This document shows positions 40,701-55,700 of a DNA stretch of 64,000 nt, piece by piece. Source of the DNA: Botryllus schlosseri (taxonomy: Eukaryota). Under the pieces are notes generated by a model. That model saw only the letters and a program-made list of their open reading frames with translations, searched no databases and had not been told where the DNA came from. The stretch lies in contig CM119372.1 of assembly GCA_051294905.1 (NCBI GenBank), positions 40,240,001 to 40,304,000 of the forward strand. The letters run 5' to 3'. Numbering within the stretch: the stretch's first letter is position 1; every line of letters starts with the position of its first letter. The position numbers and the translations under genes are program-made.

Positions 40701-43700
40701 GGAGGACGCCCTTTTGTCTTCTTTTTTTGAGATTTTGTCCTCTTTTTTGAAAATTTAGGTCAGATTTAGAGCAAATTGATATGCCGTAAATCAGCACAGA
40801 AGTGACGCTCCGGCGGGTATTTCGGAGTGAAAAACTGTGATTTTAGCTCTGAGTGAAAAGTTGACCTTTTTTTAGTCATCCACCTAGCAATGCGGAGAGA
40901 AAAACGATATTTTGAGCTCTGAGCGGAAAGATGACCTTTATTTTTAGTCAATTGATCACCAAGTGGAAATAATTCACCGGTTTTTTAGAATTCTTCTCCG
41001 GTTTTGCAAGTCTCAAATTTCTGAAAAAGTGTCCTCTTTTTAGATTTCCAAAATATGGTAAGCCTAAATTTGCGTGGCGGGCTGCCTAACTGGCTGCTAA
41101 TAGACTCTGTGACCAAATACTATTTTATTCAATCCATTTTTTTGACGGCAATACCTCCGCTTCTACTGGTCGGAATTGAACCAAATTTGAATAACATAGT
41201 TTTTATAGACAACCTAATACTTTCATGGGGTGAACAGAAAAATTTCAAATTTTTCGTTAATTATTTTTGTATAGTAAATAGAAACTTTCCTCTCCCGTAG
41301 CAAGGCGGCTACTAGTTGAAATTGAACCAAATTTGGTGTGTAGGCTTAATTAGGTAACCTAACAATTTTATCAAGTAGCCAGTACGATTTGAGAAAAATA
41401 GTCATGTTTGAAGACCCCTAATGAAAAGGGGTGTACGAGTTTTGAGCAAACCTTAAAAGGGTGTACCACTTCGAAAAAGGTTGAAGAGCACTGATATAGA
41501 ATACCCGCATTCTTAAAATACCGCTCATAACAGGTTATTGCCCTATTCTTGAATATCAGCGCCGATACAGATGTAATACTTAGGATGTCGGACCCTAAAG
41601 CAATACTTCGAAGTTAAAATGAAATAATGGCTGTCCTGGCCGTCCTAGTCTCGAGTCATGCGCAATGACTCGAGTACAAGTCGCGTCAGGAGACACAAAT
41701 TGAGTCAAGTCGAGTCACAAAAAAAACTCGAAATATGAGTTATTACAGCTCAGGCATGACTGACGTAGTTCGAAATGCGAACAAATCAATTAATTTCGTG
41801 CAATTTCACAGACCTCAGAAGCTTTCTGTGTTCGGGGTTCACGTCCCATTCCGCGTTTCCCATATTGACTAATTCAAGGAACTGGCTCCGTTTCTTGAAA
41901 TAAATTGCCAGGTCTGTGCTGATGATCGCGTGTTCGACTAACTTGATCACGTTCTCGTATTCCTCCGCGTCCAAGTGTCCGAATATCTGGCAACCTGAAG
42001 ACATTTCCCGGTCGCCGTTAGCTACGAAAAGCCGGCGTCACCGGCTCGAAAACAGGGGTTCCATACCTTTTCAACACCAGACCCTTTTGGGAAAATCATG
42101 GGCTTCCCTAATATTCCAACACTTGACAAAATTTAGGAACTTTTATATTCATTAAATAAAGGATTTTTACAGTTCCCAGTAGCCAGAAGGATAAAATGAC
42201 ATAAATACAGCACGCAATGAACATGATAATGCATTAATTAGTGATTAGCGATCAGGTTAAGCTGTTTATTTCTCTGTCAATGTCCTAATTGCTGGTTTGG
42301 TGGCGTAGGGAAGAAAGAAAGTTAACTCAAGATAAAGAAGTAAGTTTACTGATGTATAAATATTTTTATCGAGTTTTAATTAATTTCTTCAGTTATGAAG
42401 GAATAGATGTTTTTCCAAATAATCTCTATGTCACATGGAAAGGGATTATGGTCCCTAGGTTGGGAGCCCCTACTCTTAAAATTGCTGGTTCACCTTCGCT
42501 CTGCAGTAACATGAGGCATTGGTCGAAGTGATGCTTCTCGAGCGTAGAGGTAGAGTAGAGACTGGCAAGTGGATGTTCGGTTCTGGAAGCAGAGGTGGTC
42601 AAAGCATAGTCAGCCTTGGTACTCAAGTAGGAATGAAAGTGATCGGAGGTATCATCGCAACTTTCGAAATTCCAAGACGTATCCTAGTGACTAACGTGAA
42701 ATGGCGACTGAGGCTATGAATACCCACAGTTGGGGTAATATAAGGGATATTTCGCCCAAATATCACAGCTATTTCACACATACCCAAAATCCTATTTCCT
42801 ATTTACAAAGTCCAAGGTGTAGGCCTAATACAACTGCCTTAAAATGCCTTAAAACTTGTAAGTAGAAGTAGAAGTATATAGTCTTAAAACATAGCCACTT
42901 GAGCAACTGAAAATTAGACAGTGAACTGACCATGACCACCATTGGGAAGGAGAAGGTGAAATAGAAAAACTCACTTTGCCTGAAAGGCGTTGTTTGTTCC
43001 GCGATGGTCGAGATCGTGGCAGAGGCAAGACACGAGCAAAGCCAGCCTTTCGTAGTCGTTAAGATATTGCGCGATTCCTCCGCTCACGATCATACAGAAC
43101 ATGCTCTGCAATAACGAGTCAATGCCCATCCGACTTGTGGAGACCAACTATCTAGCTGATGCTGGTGTTTTAGTGGTTCTAGTTGCGGATTTCAAAAGTG
43201 AGTAGCCTAGTTGTAGTTCCACTTGCGAATTTGAAATATATTTCATCTGTAGAACAACTAGAAAACACGTGTCGTCGTTTCGCTCAAATCAGGGGCCACA
43301 AATTCAAATTTTCTCGCCGGCCAATTTACTAGTTTATGATGACGTCACGGGCCGCAGTTTCATTCAATGTCTTTCCAAGTAGGCAAGTAGGCCAGTAGGC
43401 TTTATGTGATGGAAATTTGCAGAATAACATTCCACAACCATAGTGGAAATGTGACTTACTATGTATCAATTCTTGCCCAACACTGCAAAAATCAGATTTT
43501 TATATATTTGAATTAAATTGTCGCTGTTCTTACTATCGACACGGGCCACGTGGTTTAAGCCACTGGCTTACATCGTGATACCGGCGTTCTGTTGCGTGCT
43601 GGTTGGTTTATTGGCAATTCTTATCAGTTCAATACACCACAAAAAATGCGATACAATGAAAAGATAGGAAGGTGTCGAAGCGACTTGGAATAATTTTTCT

Positions 43701-46700
43701 AATCCGACACCCACCTTGGCCTAGGCCAGTGGTTCCCAACCGGGGGGGGGGGGGACTTCCACCCTTAGGTGAGTTTTGGAATTTTTAGGGGAGAATCTGG
43801 CTTTAGAGTTGTATCGGAAGATACACTGGGTTCACGAAGTTTTTTAAATTTTTTAAATGAAAATGTCAAGTTTGAAACTAGTTCTTCATAATTGTATGTT
43901 TCTTTGGTGGATTTTTAGCTAGGTCTATGTTTAAATGCCTACCGTAGATATTACACACTTTGATAAAGTCAGACTCGCGAGACGATTTCGTTGGGCCCGT
44001 GATAACCTCTCGACCAAATTGTTACTAAGTAGGAAAAAGTTATGCCGAATTCAGCACAAGGCCGCCAGTGAAAATATTTACCTTTTTAAGCCAACATATG
44101 AGCTAGCGGGAAAAACAGACCAAATTCATAGATTCAACTCAAGGCCATAGCAAGCGACCTTGGCGATTTCTTTTTCGTCAGTGGCTACGCGACCGGTAAA
44201 AACAAGTCAAATTTAACGGTACTTTACCAAAGTGTATTGCAGTGCACATTCGACGTAGTTCAGACATCTCTGAATATGTTTGGCCATATATTGCTCAGTC
44301 AACAAAAGGTTGTGCGTTAAAAAGCACCTTTTTTAGTGACAGGCAACTTTTTCATTGGGGGTGATTATAGCTCAAATATCGGACAAGGGGTCCGCATGAC
44401 GAAATAGGTTGGGAACCACTGACCTATAGGCGATGTAAAGAGGAGGCATGCACACTGAATGAAAAGTAAAAGAATATAGTATAGAAAAAGCAAGCGACAA
44501 AAATGGGGTGGCGTGTCATGGAATGCGAGATCTATAGGTCTATCCGCTAATCTTGAGAATGGACTACTATTCCCGTAGTCACTGCTAGCTCAGAGTTATC
44601 GATAGTAAGAGTGGCGTATAGCCAGTGGGTTTTGAGCGGTCAAACCGAAACCCTCTCATTCCATACTTGTAGCCTACTGATACAAGTGAAAAACCTATCC
44701 GACTTCGATAAAAATAAAAATGAATGAGTTGTTTCAGAATGAGTCTAATTAGTTTCGTATCAGTTAGATGTAGAAATGTAAAGTCTTTAGATATGGTTAT
44801 TGTTCTGAATGCGAGTTTTGAAAAATTAGCAGTTGTAGTTCTAATCCTAGATGTGCATTTTGAAAAGCCAGCAGTTTGTACACAAGTCTGGGTGGTATAG
44901 ATGTAGGCATTACCGACACCTTAAATCTGTACCTGACAAACGTTGAAAGCGTGCCTCCAGTTATGGTACTTGACCTGACGGTAGTTCTTCCTCACGCTGC
45001 ATACCCATCTCGAAAATATCTGCAGTTGAAACCAAATCAAAGAGACGGGAAGGATTTGTAAAGCTGAAGGTCAACGCAATTGACGAGGGACAGTTTGTTT
45101 CCTACTACTGAATAACAGCATTGGATGTAAAAATGAGGAACTTGGTCATTGTACAGAACTTGATTTGTTATAAGAGGAACGCGGAAAATATTCCAGTTAC
45201 AATAAATGTTTTCTTGCAATGGATATTATTATGAAATCAATCCATTTTTGTATAGCGGATTTCAACAACTAACAATTTTGACTAAAAATATAATCATAGC
45301 TATACACTTTATCCAATTACGCAGAACTAGAATCATTGAATTCGCAAAAACCAGGGATTTGAAATTAAATAGTGAATCGCGTAGAAAGAAATACAGTTCA
45401 TATTAAATCTGGGGCGGGCAACATACGGCCCGCGACGGGATATTGAGCGGCCCGCAGAGAGTTTCTATCCTGAAAGTATTGACAAATTTGATGCGGCACA
45501 TAATGAATCGAAGTTTGCCAACCTGAGAAAGGTGGCTATGAAACAACTTGTTCCCTTGAGTCTACATACATTTCTGAGCAATCATTTTCAATGATGAACA
45601 TAAATAAGACAAGACCGCGTTCCAATTATAACCGATGTTCACGTGCAGTCTTTACTAAGAGTTTCTACTTCTGACATGCAGCCAGAGTTCAAAGACCTTG
45701 TTGACAACATTAATCGACCACAGAGGTCTGATTGACTGCAATAGCTATTGAAGTACATTAGGTTAATAAATTCACTCAATTCAATTTATTTCAATTTATT
45801 GCTACAATTTTCATCATCATCATCATTGGTTTATTAGCAATTTTATCAGTTCAATACACCACAAAAAATGCGATACAATGAAAAGAAAGGAAGATGTCGA
45901 AGCGACTAGGAGTTGTCTATGGAATCGGACACCCACCTTGGCCTAGGCGATGTAAAGAGGAGGCATGCACACTGAATGAAAGTAAAGAAGATAATATAGA
46001 AAAAGGAAGCGACAAGAAATATAGGGCGCCATGTCATGGGAAGCGAGATCGATAGGTCAGTCGTGGTCCGGTAATCTTGAGGATGGACTGTATTTATTTA
46101 GTAGTAATTGCTGGTATTTCGACTTGAATGTGGACATGCTCTTCGACTGCCGGATGGCCGGTGGGCTACTGTTCCACACCTTAGGTCCGGCATATTTGAT
46201 AGAGCGATGATCTTTTCGGTCGATCATATGATATTTGGACGACGTGGACGCGCGTGTGTTGTACTTGTGCGCTTTTGATTAAGAGGTAAAGAAGTCATTG
46301 AAATATTCGTGGCAACGACCGCAGTGAAACTGATACATAAACTTGGCGATTTTTAGTTTCCGCATATCTTCTGTGTTTAGGACGCCGAATCTCTTCAGCA
46401 GCGACTTATGGGCAGCCAGGCCCCTTTTAGGCCCTAGCTATGATTCGGAGTACTTTATGCTGTAGTTTCTGCAGTGGCTTGAGTGCAGTTTTACTGGCAG
46501 CCCCCCAACAGAGGATGCCATAATGTAACTTCGATTGGATTAAGGATTTAAAGAGTATCAGAAGAAGCCATGCTGGCATGAAGCGCCCAAGGCTGTAGAA
46601 CAGGCCGCACTTCGGAGATAATTTAGTTTCTAGGGACTGAATATGACTCTTCCAGGACATGTTCGAGTCCAGTAAAACCCCGAGATATTTGGCATTATCT

Positions 46701-49700
46701 GTGTTGGAAACGGGCTGACCAGCGATATTAACGGTTAGGTTATTTTTTGAATTTACTATCAGCAATTGGGATTTCGAGGCGTTTATGCAAAGGTTGTTCT
46801 GGGCCGTCCACTCATGGACTTTAGGCATTTGGTCACCAGTCAGGGCATCCAGCTCTGCCGTCGAAGATGCGGAAGAGAGGAGGTGAGTATCATCAGCGAA
46901 CAGTGTGGTGTTCAATGAGGAGGTTTCAAAAATGTCGTTGACATATAAGGTGAAGAGGACCGGTCCAAGTACTGAGCCTTAAGGCACACCACAGGTCACC
47001 AGGTGAGGAGAGGACAAGGTGTTTGAGATCGCAACCATTTGTTGGCGTCCAGTGAGGTAACTTTTTATGAGCTCAAGTTGTGCGCCCCGAAGTCCGCAAC
47101 GCGCCAATTTCGACATGAGAATTTTATGATCTACGCAGTCAAACGCTTTTTTTAGATCGAGAAAAATGCTACATCCCACGTTTCGCTTCTCTGAGATATC
47201 ATAATACTGCTCGGCCACTGTTAGGAGGGCATGTGCGGTTTGGTGTTTGTTTCGGAAGCCAAATTGTTGAGGGGAAATGATAGACATTTTGGCGAGGAAT
47301 GAGGACAGGCGGGAGAGGAGCAACTTTTCGAATACAACCCCAATGCATGGGAGAACGGATATCGGACGGTAGTTGGTGACATTAGTTCTATCTCCAGCTT
47401 TGTGTACAGGGACTACTCTGGCTTTTTTAAGGTAGCTTGGGTAGACTCCATTTTCTATCATGAAGTTGAAAAAATGGGCCATATATTGACCGATATGCAG
47501 GCTTATCATTTTTAAAAACCATGATGGGATTTGGTCATAGCCGACGGCCTTGTGCGATTTCAGTTTGTGGATGGCTACTTCTACTTCGTATTTGGTCGTA
47601 GGTTCAAGCACAATCGACTGGGATATCGATCTCACCTCTGACCTGGCCGACACAGGTTTTGTAATAGAAGAAGCAATATTAGGGCCTACATTACAAAAAT
47701 ATTCATTGAAGTGATTCGCGATGGCCGCCGGGTCTGAAAGTTTGTTTCCGGTATCCGAATTCACAATTTCCGAAACTGACTTATGGCCTTTTTTTCGATG
47801 TAGGAGAGAGGCCTTTTTTTCGATGTAGGAGAGAGTTAAGTCCTGACCATGTTTTTCGAGTGTCCTTTTTGTGTCTGTTGAAAAATCTCTCATTGTACTT
47901 TGCTTTTGCCTTGGAAATGAGATGCACGGTGCGATTCCTGAAACGTCGAAATCTTTCTCGTTCATGTTCTGGGCAGTTCTTGGTGTCTATTCGGTTATGC
48001 CACCGGTTACGTTTACGGATAAGTTGAATCAGCTTTGTGGTCATCCACGGATTTCGCTTCAATTTTCTTTGACTTCTCGAAAGGCACTGTAGAGGTGCAA
48101 ATTGATCCAGCAGTGATTTGATAGCAGGCATAAACTCTACAAATTTTTCGTCAAAGTTGTTTATCGAGATGTGGGGGATGGCTGATGTTTTAAATTGATT
48201 GAATGCGGCATGATCGAGCGCTTCTTCGTCCACTAACTCTCGTCGTCTGCAGAGGTGATATGTTTCGGGGGGTGTCCTTTGTTGTTCTTGTGATAGAAAA
48301 CCAATATGGTTGTGGTCACTGAGTTTTGCCGAAATGACAAATGGAATGATTTCCATGTCGCGCGAGTTGGTATATATGTGGTCGATCAAAGTCCTTGACT
48401 TATCGGTTATGCGTGTAGGCTCGGTGATCATTTGGTAGAGACCGGCGGATTTGACGGCGTTGGAGTATGTGTTGCCTTTGTGTTTTAGAAGGTTTATGCT
48501 AATATCTCCCGCAATGAAACACATCTTTTTGTCGCTGTTGACTTTGTCCAGTGAGTGCTCCAACGCTTTCGCGAATTGGTTCATGTTTTGCGTGGGATGA
48601 CGGTATAATACGGCCACAAGAAGAGATTTGTGAATTCCAATTGGGTGATCAACTTCCAGCCATAACTCTTCACAATCTTTGACATTCAGATCGTAGTCCG
48701 TTCAAATTTCGTAAGGAATTTTTTCTTCAATGTACAGACCAACACCTCCGTAAGGTTTCTTTGACTTCGGTGCCGGATGATGATTTCAATAGATGGCGTT
48801 ACAATGAAAGATAGGAAGGTGTTGAAACAACGTGTAGTAGTCTTCGATATCACACACCAACCTTGCCTAGACGATGTAAAAAAACACTCAAGTTTTTCTT
48901 CTCTATGCTTTAAACTTGAAGTTTACATTAAATGCGGTTTATTCCTTGTACATGCAGTTGAATACGCGAATAATGCATCGATTCCCACCGAGCACTTCAT
49001 TTTCCCTTGTCAGGCCCGCCGACCGGAGAAGTTGCCCACCCATGTATTAAATCATGAGTTGATTCGCATAAAGACGAGGATGACAAATGTCCGTGCAGCA
49101 CCAAGCTTGGCTCGTTTGGCACGATACAGATCTCCAGTAGCATTTTCAGGAAAATCAGAAATGAGATTAGAACTAACACTTATCCATAGAAACATTTCGA
49201 AAGGTAAACTAGAATCATACCAGCATTTCGCTTAAATTAGTTAAATTACACCACTAGAATTATCTGTCCTAGTCTGATCAAGTCACAAGTTGAATTGATC
49301 ACGTAGCAGAAGTCAAATAACCTCGGTGTTGATGTTGAATCTTTCGAACAGATTCAAATCCTTGAACATTCGAATGGAGGCGACCAACGTCTCGTCCGTG
49401 TTCAGCCGTTCGTCGTCAAACCCGAAGTTGAAAAGATCAAACTTCTTGGACGACGGCACCAAACGTCTCTGTTACAAAACAACACCTGTGATTGTATTTT
49501 GGACGAATGAACGCGCGATCTCACGTCGATTTCGGAACTTTCCTCTGGCGCGCAAACAGCATGATACGACAAAACCTGCAAAAAGAATCATCTTTAGCGC
49601 TGTTGCGGGATCAACACAACATGGCTAAGGTTAGGCACAATGATACGAGTATTAGAATCTGAATCGTGTATCAATGATTCCAGGCCAGTAGTGGGGAGAT

Positions 49701-52700
49701 GATATGTCTGAGGACTGAAATCATACTCTTATTTGCTTCTTTGAGTTAATATAGCAGCGACAATTACAGTTTCGATACTACTCTTTTCTTTGTAAGCGTG
49801 TAAAGTTCGATTGGCCGTGCGCAGCAAACGAAACATGTAGTGTAATGCTACGCACGTCAGTGTTGGGATCAAGTCACTACCTTCGAGTCACGAGTCATTT
49901 CGAGTCATTGCACATTTTGACTCGAGTCAAGTTAAGTCAATCGAATTTCGAAGGTGACTCGAGTCAAGTCAAGTCACTCGATTTTTGGAGGTGACTCGAG
50001 TCAAGTCAAGTCAAGTAGCGAGTCAAGTCGCAATTCAAGTCAAGTTGCCTTTTCAAAGTATGAGGCAGGCTTACGTCTTTGCATTTTGCTAGCTGTTTGA
50101 AATACGGATTGAGTGGTAATTGATTCTGGACTCATGAACGGATATGGAGTTGAATATAAACGCAAGAAGGCGCTTCACTGCTCACATATACGTAGAAATG
50201 CTAAACTACGTGAGTAATAGCATAGCCTCGGATTATAGTTACCAGCCAAGATGGAGAAACGAATTGATAAGATTCAATACATTACCCAGTTACAAATTCA
50301 TATGATACAATTCCAGCCTGCGCTAATGGTTGAGGACTATATAAACTATATTGGAATTCAATTTCAATGAAACAAGAGGTTTCGTTAAGTAAGGAACAGA
50401 GAACAGAAATAGACATTTTGCTAAATTACTTTACTATACTAGTTTACGACAGCGTAAGCTGTAAACTACGATAAATTCGTTTGCGATCAGTTTATTTGTG
50501 TAAGAACAATGGAGGCTCAGTAAAACGCACGATCATTGAATGATTGGTTGCTCTCACGGGTTACACCAGCATTTCGCGTACAATCCGAACATATGCAAGA
50601 CACAATGATTTTTATCGACCTCGATTGCTTGATGACTCGAAATTGACTCGTGAATTTTGCTCCGAGTCACGAGTCAATCCACATTTCTGATACGCCGAGT
50701 CAAGTCAAGTCATTTTAGCAAAGTGACTCGAGTCAAGTCAATTCATACGAAAAAGGTGACTCGAGTCTGACTCGAGTCAAGTCATGACTCGAGTCATCCC
50801 AACACTGACGCACGTTAGCAAAATGACATATCTGTGAAGTCTTGATCAATCTGCACCATTGTCACAAATGGGATGATATTGGAATTGTTGAAATGATACC
50901 AAATAATATTTAATGTCATGTAAAAAAGGGCATTATATTCTTAGTAGTCGCATAAAAGGTACATGTTTCAACTTTACACATCGCACATACTGTAATGAAG
51001 TCATAATCACTGATAGTTGAATACTAGAGTACTTGTACTTCCATTCAAATATATATTACCTACTTCCATTACTTCCTCAAGTGGTCATGGTTAAGAAAAC
51101 TTATACTCAAGCGTTTAAATTGCATAACCAAAGTTCGTCCTAGAATACATTTCTACTTACTTGAGATTCGTTACTTCTACTTCCACTTGACTAGGAATTT
51201 ACGCATTTAACGCCACTTCTACTACTTTGACCCCTCTGTTGATTACTCGAAACTGACTCGAAACCTAATACTCGATTCAGAATCACTCAGGTACCCGATT
51301 TTACCAAGCCCCAAACGACCAGTTACCTCGAGAACGACGCTTTGTTTGGCCAACAATCTCTTTTTCTCTTCGTATCGTCTCGCTTGACTGATCCCGAGTC
51401 CGCAGAAAATGCTGAAAGCTTCGATGAGCTGCTCGTCGCTTGTTGTAAACGAACTTGCATCGCCCAGATTCTTGTTGATCAGTTGAATCACGCCTGTCAT
51501 CAACACCCGCTATATTGTATATGCAATAACCTTATTTTATTGATATCATTTCTAATTTTCCACGATCCATTGTGTTGTTGTTGTTACTTGTGTTTATTTA
51601 GATTTATTTTTATTAGATAATCGAAACGTTTGCGGGCAACGAATTTTCTGCAGGGGGCTCCTGATCTGGGCGGCTCGGCTTTGATGACTCTACTATATCG
51701 AGCTTCCAATCTATGCCATGCTTATCTGTATATTGCATTTCATCGAATTGCGTTTTTGTTATCCATGTAAGCTCTGCTCATGACTCCAAGCCGCCGAACC
51801 GACACTTAACCAGACTTGACAACTAGATAATTCTAGGTAATTCTAGTTGTCTGATTACACTAATTAGAACAAAATGCCAGTGATCTAATTGTAATCTAAT
51901 TTGCTGAATGTTTCTTTGCTCTTGTTTTAATTCTAATCTAATTTCCGGTTTTGTTGAAAACGCTATACACGAGAATTGCGTATCGTGCGAAACGATCAAA
52001 ACTCGGTGTACCGAATTTGTCACAGTCCTAATTATGAGAATAATTTCTGATCTGATAAGATCTGAACTTGGCTTATGTTGTATATATTTGGAGTTCAGAA
52101 TGTAATTCAGTTACCAAGTTTATGCGGTTTCAGTTATTGTGATTTAATTCCTTGATAAACAATAAACTGTGTAGTTATCATTCAAATTATATTGCAATTT
52201 GTAAAAGCTGTAGTCTGACTCTACGGATTATGTCACTCACCGATCACATGACGTGACGCATCTCTGATCGGAGTGCAAATGAGACTTTTCGTTATTAACC
52301 CGAGTTCCGAATCTTCCTGCGGAAAAAAATCGAAAACTCTACGAAAAACTGGTGTGAAGTTTGCAGGAAAATACCGAAAAGTTGAATCGCTTCTCCGAAG
52401 ATCCTTTCGAAATTTTCACCGTCTGTGTGGATAGAATCACGCTTATTACAAGGGAGGCGAATTGATTGAACGGGAATTCACCTTTCCGGTTTGTTTGACG
52501 TAAGAAGTCAACTCGACGTTGAAAGGAACTTTACGAGTGTTTACTGACGGATGCTTTCCTTGGTAAAAACTAGAAACGTGCTCGAACGTTTGAGTGAAAA
52601 CATCTGAAAAGCGTGAACTTCGTAGTAGTCTTAAATCATAGGCACTTGATTAAGTAGTGCAAGTCTATCAAATCCATCCGTTACTGACCAGTGACCGCCT

Positions 52701-55700
52701 CTGGCAAACGCCATCTATCCTCAGAGATTTTGGGGGGTATGAAAATTCCAATTTGACCAAGATTTCTCTATGTTCCCGAAGGCCTAGACCAGTGGTTCCC
52801 AACCTTTTTCGTCTCATCGCCCCCTTTTGAAGCTCCACGCCGATCATCGCCCCCCCAAATATTGGGAACCAAAAAATGGGCATGCAATCTGGGATCACCG
52901 GCGAGTTGACTAATAAAAAAAAGGTCAACTTTTCGGCTCGATCGACCTCGAAATTACACTTTAACAGCTAAATGTTCGTGAGTTGACTAAAAAAAGGTCA
53001 TTTCTGCGACTTGACTCCCATCAGGACCGTAACAGCACTTCGTCAGCCCCTCCCCCCATAAAAAAACGTTGGTATTGGGCCCCGATAGGGTGATAAACCA
53101 AACCCCAGCCCCCCTCAACCAGTGGGCTTTTTGTCGGTACATATCAGCTATACCCTAATTCATGTACTGTTTGGTGAGGTATCGTACTTCGCCTAAACGC
53201 GACAAATTTATATAATTCATGCTTGAATCGGTCAATATGGTCGGGAATTGCATATATATTGCTATCAATTTTTTATCCTCTCTCTGCTCACGTAGTCAGA
53301 TTTATCGGTAGAGCTGAGTGTGGTGTGTTGGAAAAGGTAGGGACCCTAAATAATAATTAAACATCTTCGGGTGGACCCTTTGTTATATTGATTTCGTTAC
53401 ATGATGCTATTTCGTGACCTCCCATGTCTGTTGTGTCAAAAGATGTGGATAGCGTCAAAACGAACCAAACTAAAAGACGGATATTGCTTCAAATGGGTAT
53501 TTCATTAGTGGCATATAATTTTTCCCCGCGGGGTGGCATTTGTCTTGTCGGATTCAGATCACCCGGACAGGAAATTTCGACGCCAGCCATTGAGGCGCCT
53601 AAGGACAATTAAACATATATGTATATCGAAGCCTTCGGTCAGCACAAGGGCATTCTTTTTCGTCCAAGGTCTTCTCGCCGCTGATCGTTCTGGCACACTT
53701 CTCGGAGTTGCATGTTACATGGCCTATAACTTCATATGTATTGGCGCGCCGCGGCGCAGTAATGGCCGACACCGAAGTCTCCATTTCCATAAATAATGCG
53801 TATTTTTGTTGGGGGAAGGGAACCCCAAAATCAAGATACATGATAATATTAAATCGCGCCCAGCGCGAAATTTTTTTAAAATGTTGCACGAATTTCTAAT
53901 AAAATACTCTATTATTTATGTTAATTCACGAAATAATTTTGGGCCCCCTTCGAGTTCGCCCCCCTCCAATTGGGGGTTTGGGTTGCGGAAGTTACGGTCC
54001 TGACTCCAATATAGCCGTTTTCAACGCGCCATTGCCCCCTATCGCTCCCTTCGTTATTTTCGCCCCCCTAGACCGCCAAATCGCCCCCTGTGGGGCGATA
54101 TCGCCCACGTTGGGAACCACTGGCCTAGACCTACAATTTTGGTACGAGACCGTATAACTCCGAAAGTTTCATCGAATGAGCGTATTGACTTAGCATTTAT
54201 ATTAAATCTCGGTGCTGCCTATTTACAATTTACATGGTTGTAAGCAAGTCATGAGGTGCCGAGTCAAAGGCGAATTTTTTCTTTTATAGTTCGGCTCCAA
54301 TCAAGTCTAGTCATTTTCAATCCACCAACGAGTCAAGTGCGATTCTAAGGCAGGGAGATATGGGTCGAATCCGGGTCGTAGTGTTGAAACTCGATTCCGA
54401 AAAGTCATGCGTCCCACTCAATTTTTTGAAACTCTGGGCTGATATCGAATGTCTTACATTCATGATTAGACTCCTAACATGTTCATTCAAACAACTAAAA
54501 ACAGTTGTCAGGTCTAATTTTAAAATATCATTGCTGATAGACGAGTCTTGAATCAAGTCATATGGAATGTGTCGTATAATGCGCAGTGCTTAAAGAGTAC
54601 AAGTCGAGTTAACAGAAAAAGGTACTGAAGTCGAATAGAGATAATTTACGTTTTGAAGAAAGCGACTCGAGTTAAGTCAAGTCAACGAAAAATTGTGTCT
54701 TAAATCGGAGTCGAGTCGAGTCGAGTTATGACTTCTGCCTATCTACATAAAAGTTCGCTCACTATCGTCTTGGTCTCCCACGAGCATCACTGAGGCGCGT
54801 TCGCAGTTCAGCAAAGACGTCGTGTGGAGAAGAATGGTCTCCATCACTTGATTGAGAGAGCTTTGTTCTTCGAACAAAACCTTCGTCAACTCCAAAAGCA
54901 CCTAGGAAGGGAATATATATTAGGTCATTTTGTCAAATCTTTATAAAAATCGAGAATCACTTCGTTGCGTCGATTCTCGAGCAGCGACTTCTCGTAGAGC
55001 TGCGCGTTGTGAATGGCGATCCCGCAAAATCCGAGATAAGAGGCGAATATCTTTTCGTCTCTCGCAGTGAAAGGTTGATGAGTCACTCCGTCCAGACTCA
55101 CTTTGTTGATCACTTGCGCCACGCCCACTATCTGAACGTAGTTCAAGTTAGTGACGTCACTCACTCTTTCTCACTCACTCACTTTCTGTACACAAATTAC
55201 TATTCGTTCAAGGCAAGAAATACTAATATTTGTCGTTTTTTGATATATATATATTCACCATATTTATGTATTTATTTAGTTCGTTATGATATTCATAAAT
55301 AGCGGAGATGTGGTACCAATGGATCACTGGGACAGAAAATACTTGAAAAGTTCTCCATGATAATTCCATGATTACACTCCGTGAACTTGTCTACAATTGC
55401 ATGCTGGTGAAATCTTTCCTCACATACAAAAGATTCCGACGTGCGCGAGCTATGGGGTCTCTGACAGATGTTTTCTGTTTGTGGGGGGTGTAAACTAAAT
55501 TTCGATAGACGCATACATTTTCCTTTGTAACCTTCAACACAAGCAAACCAGCTATCATTTTTAATGTGAAGTGTAGGGCTTGTATCAGGCTATATAATGG
55601 CACGTAATATTTTATTCAATACCTTCGTGGTGTGGAATATTTTTCAATTCATGTATAAAATTCGTAGAGTGGGGCCGATGATACAATAGCCAAATCAAGC

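Noticed and set aside
49858..50807. CRISPR-like array of GACTCGAGTCAAGTC repeats
   Set aside because: No regular unique spacers, no cas genes, eukaryotic context; bounded by TIRs and TSD, so these are transposon subterminal repeats.
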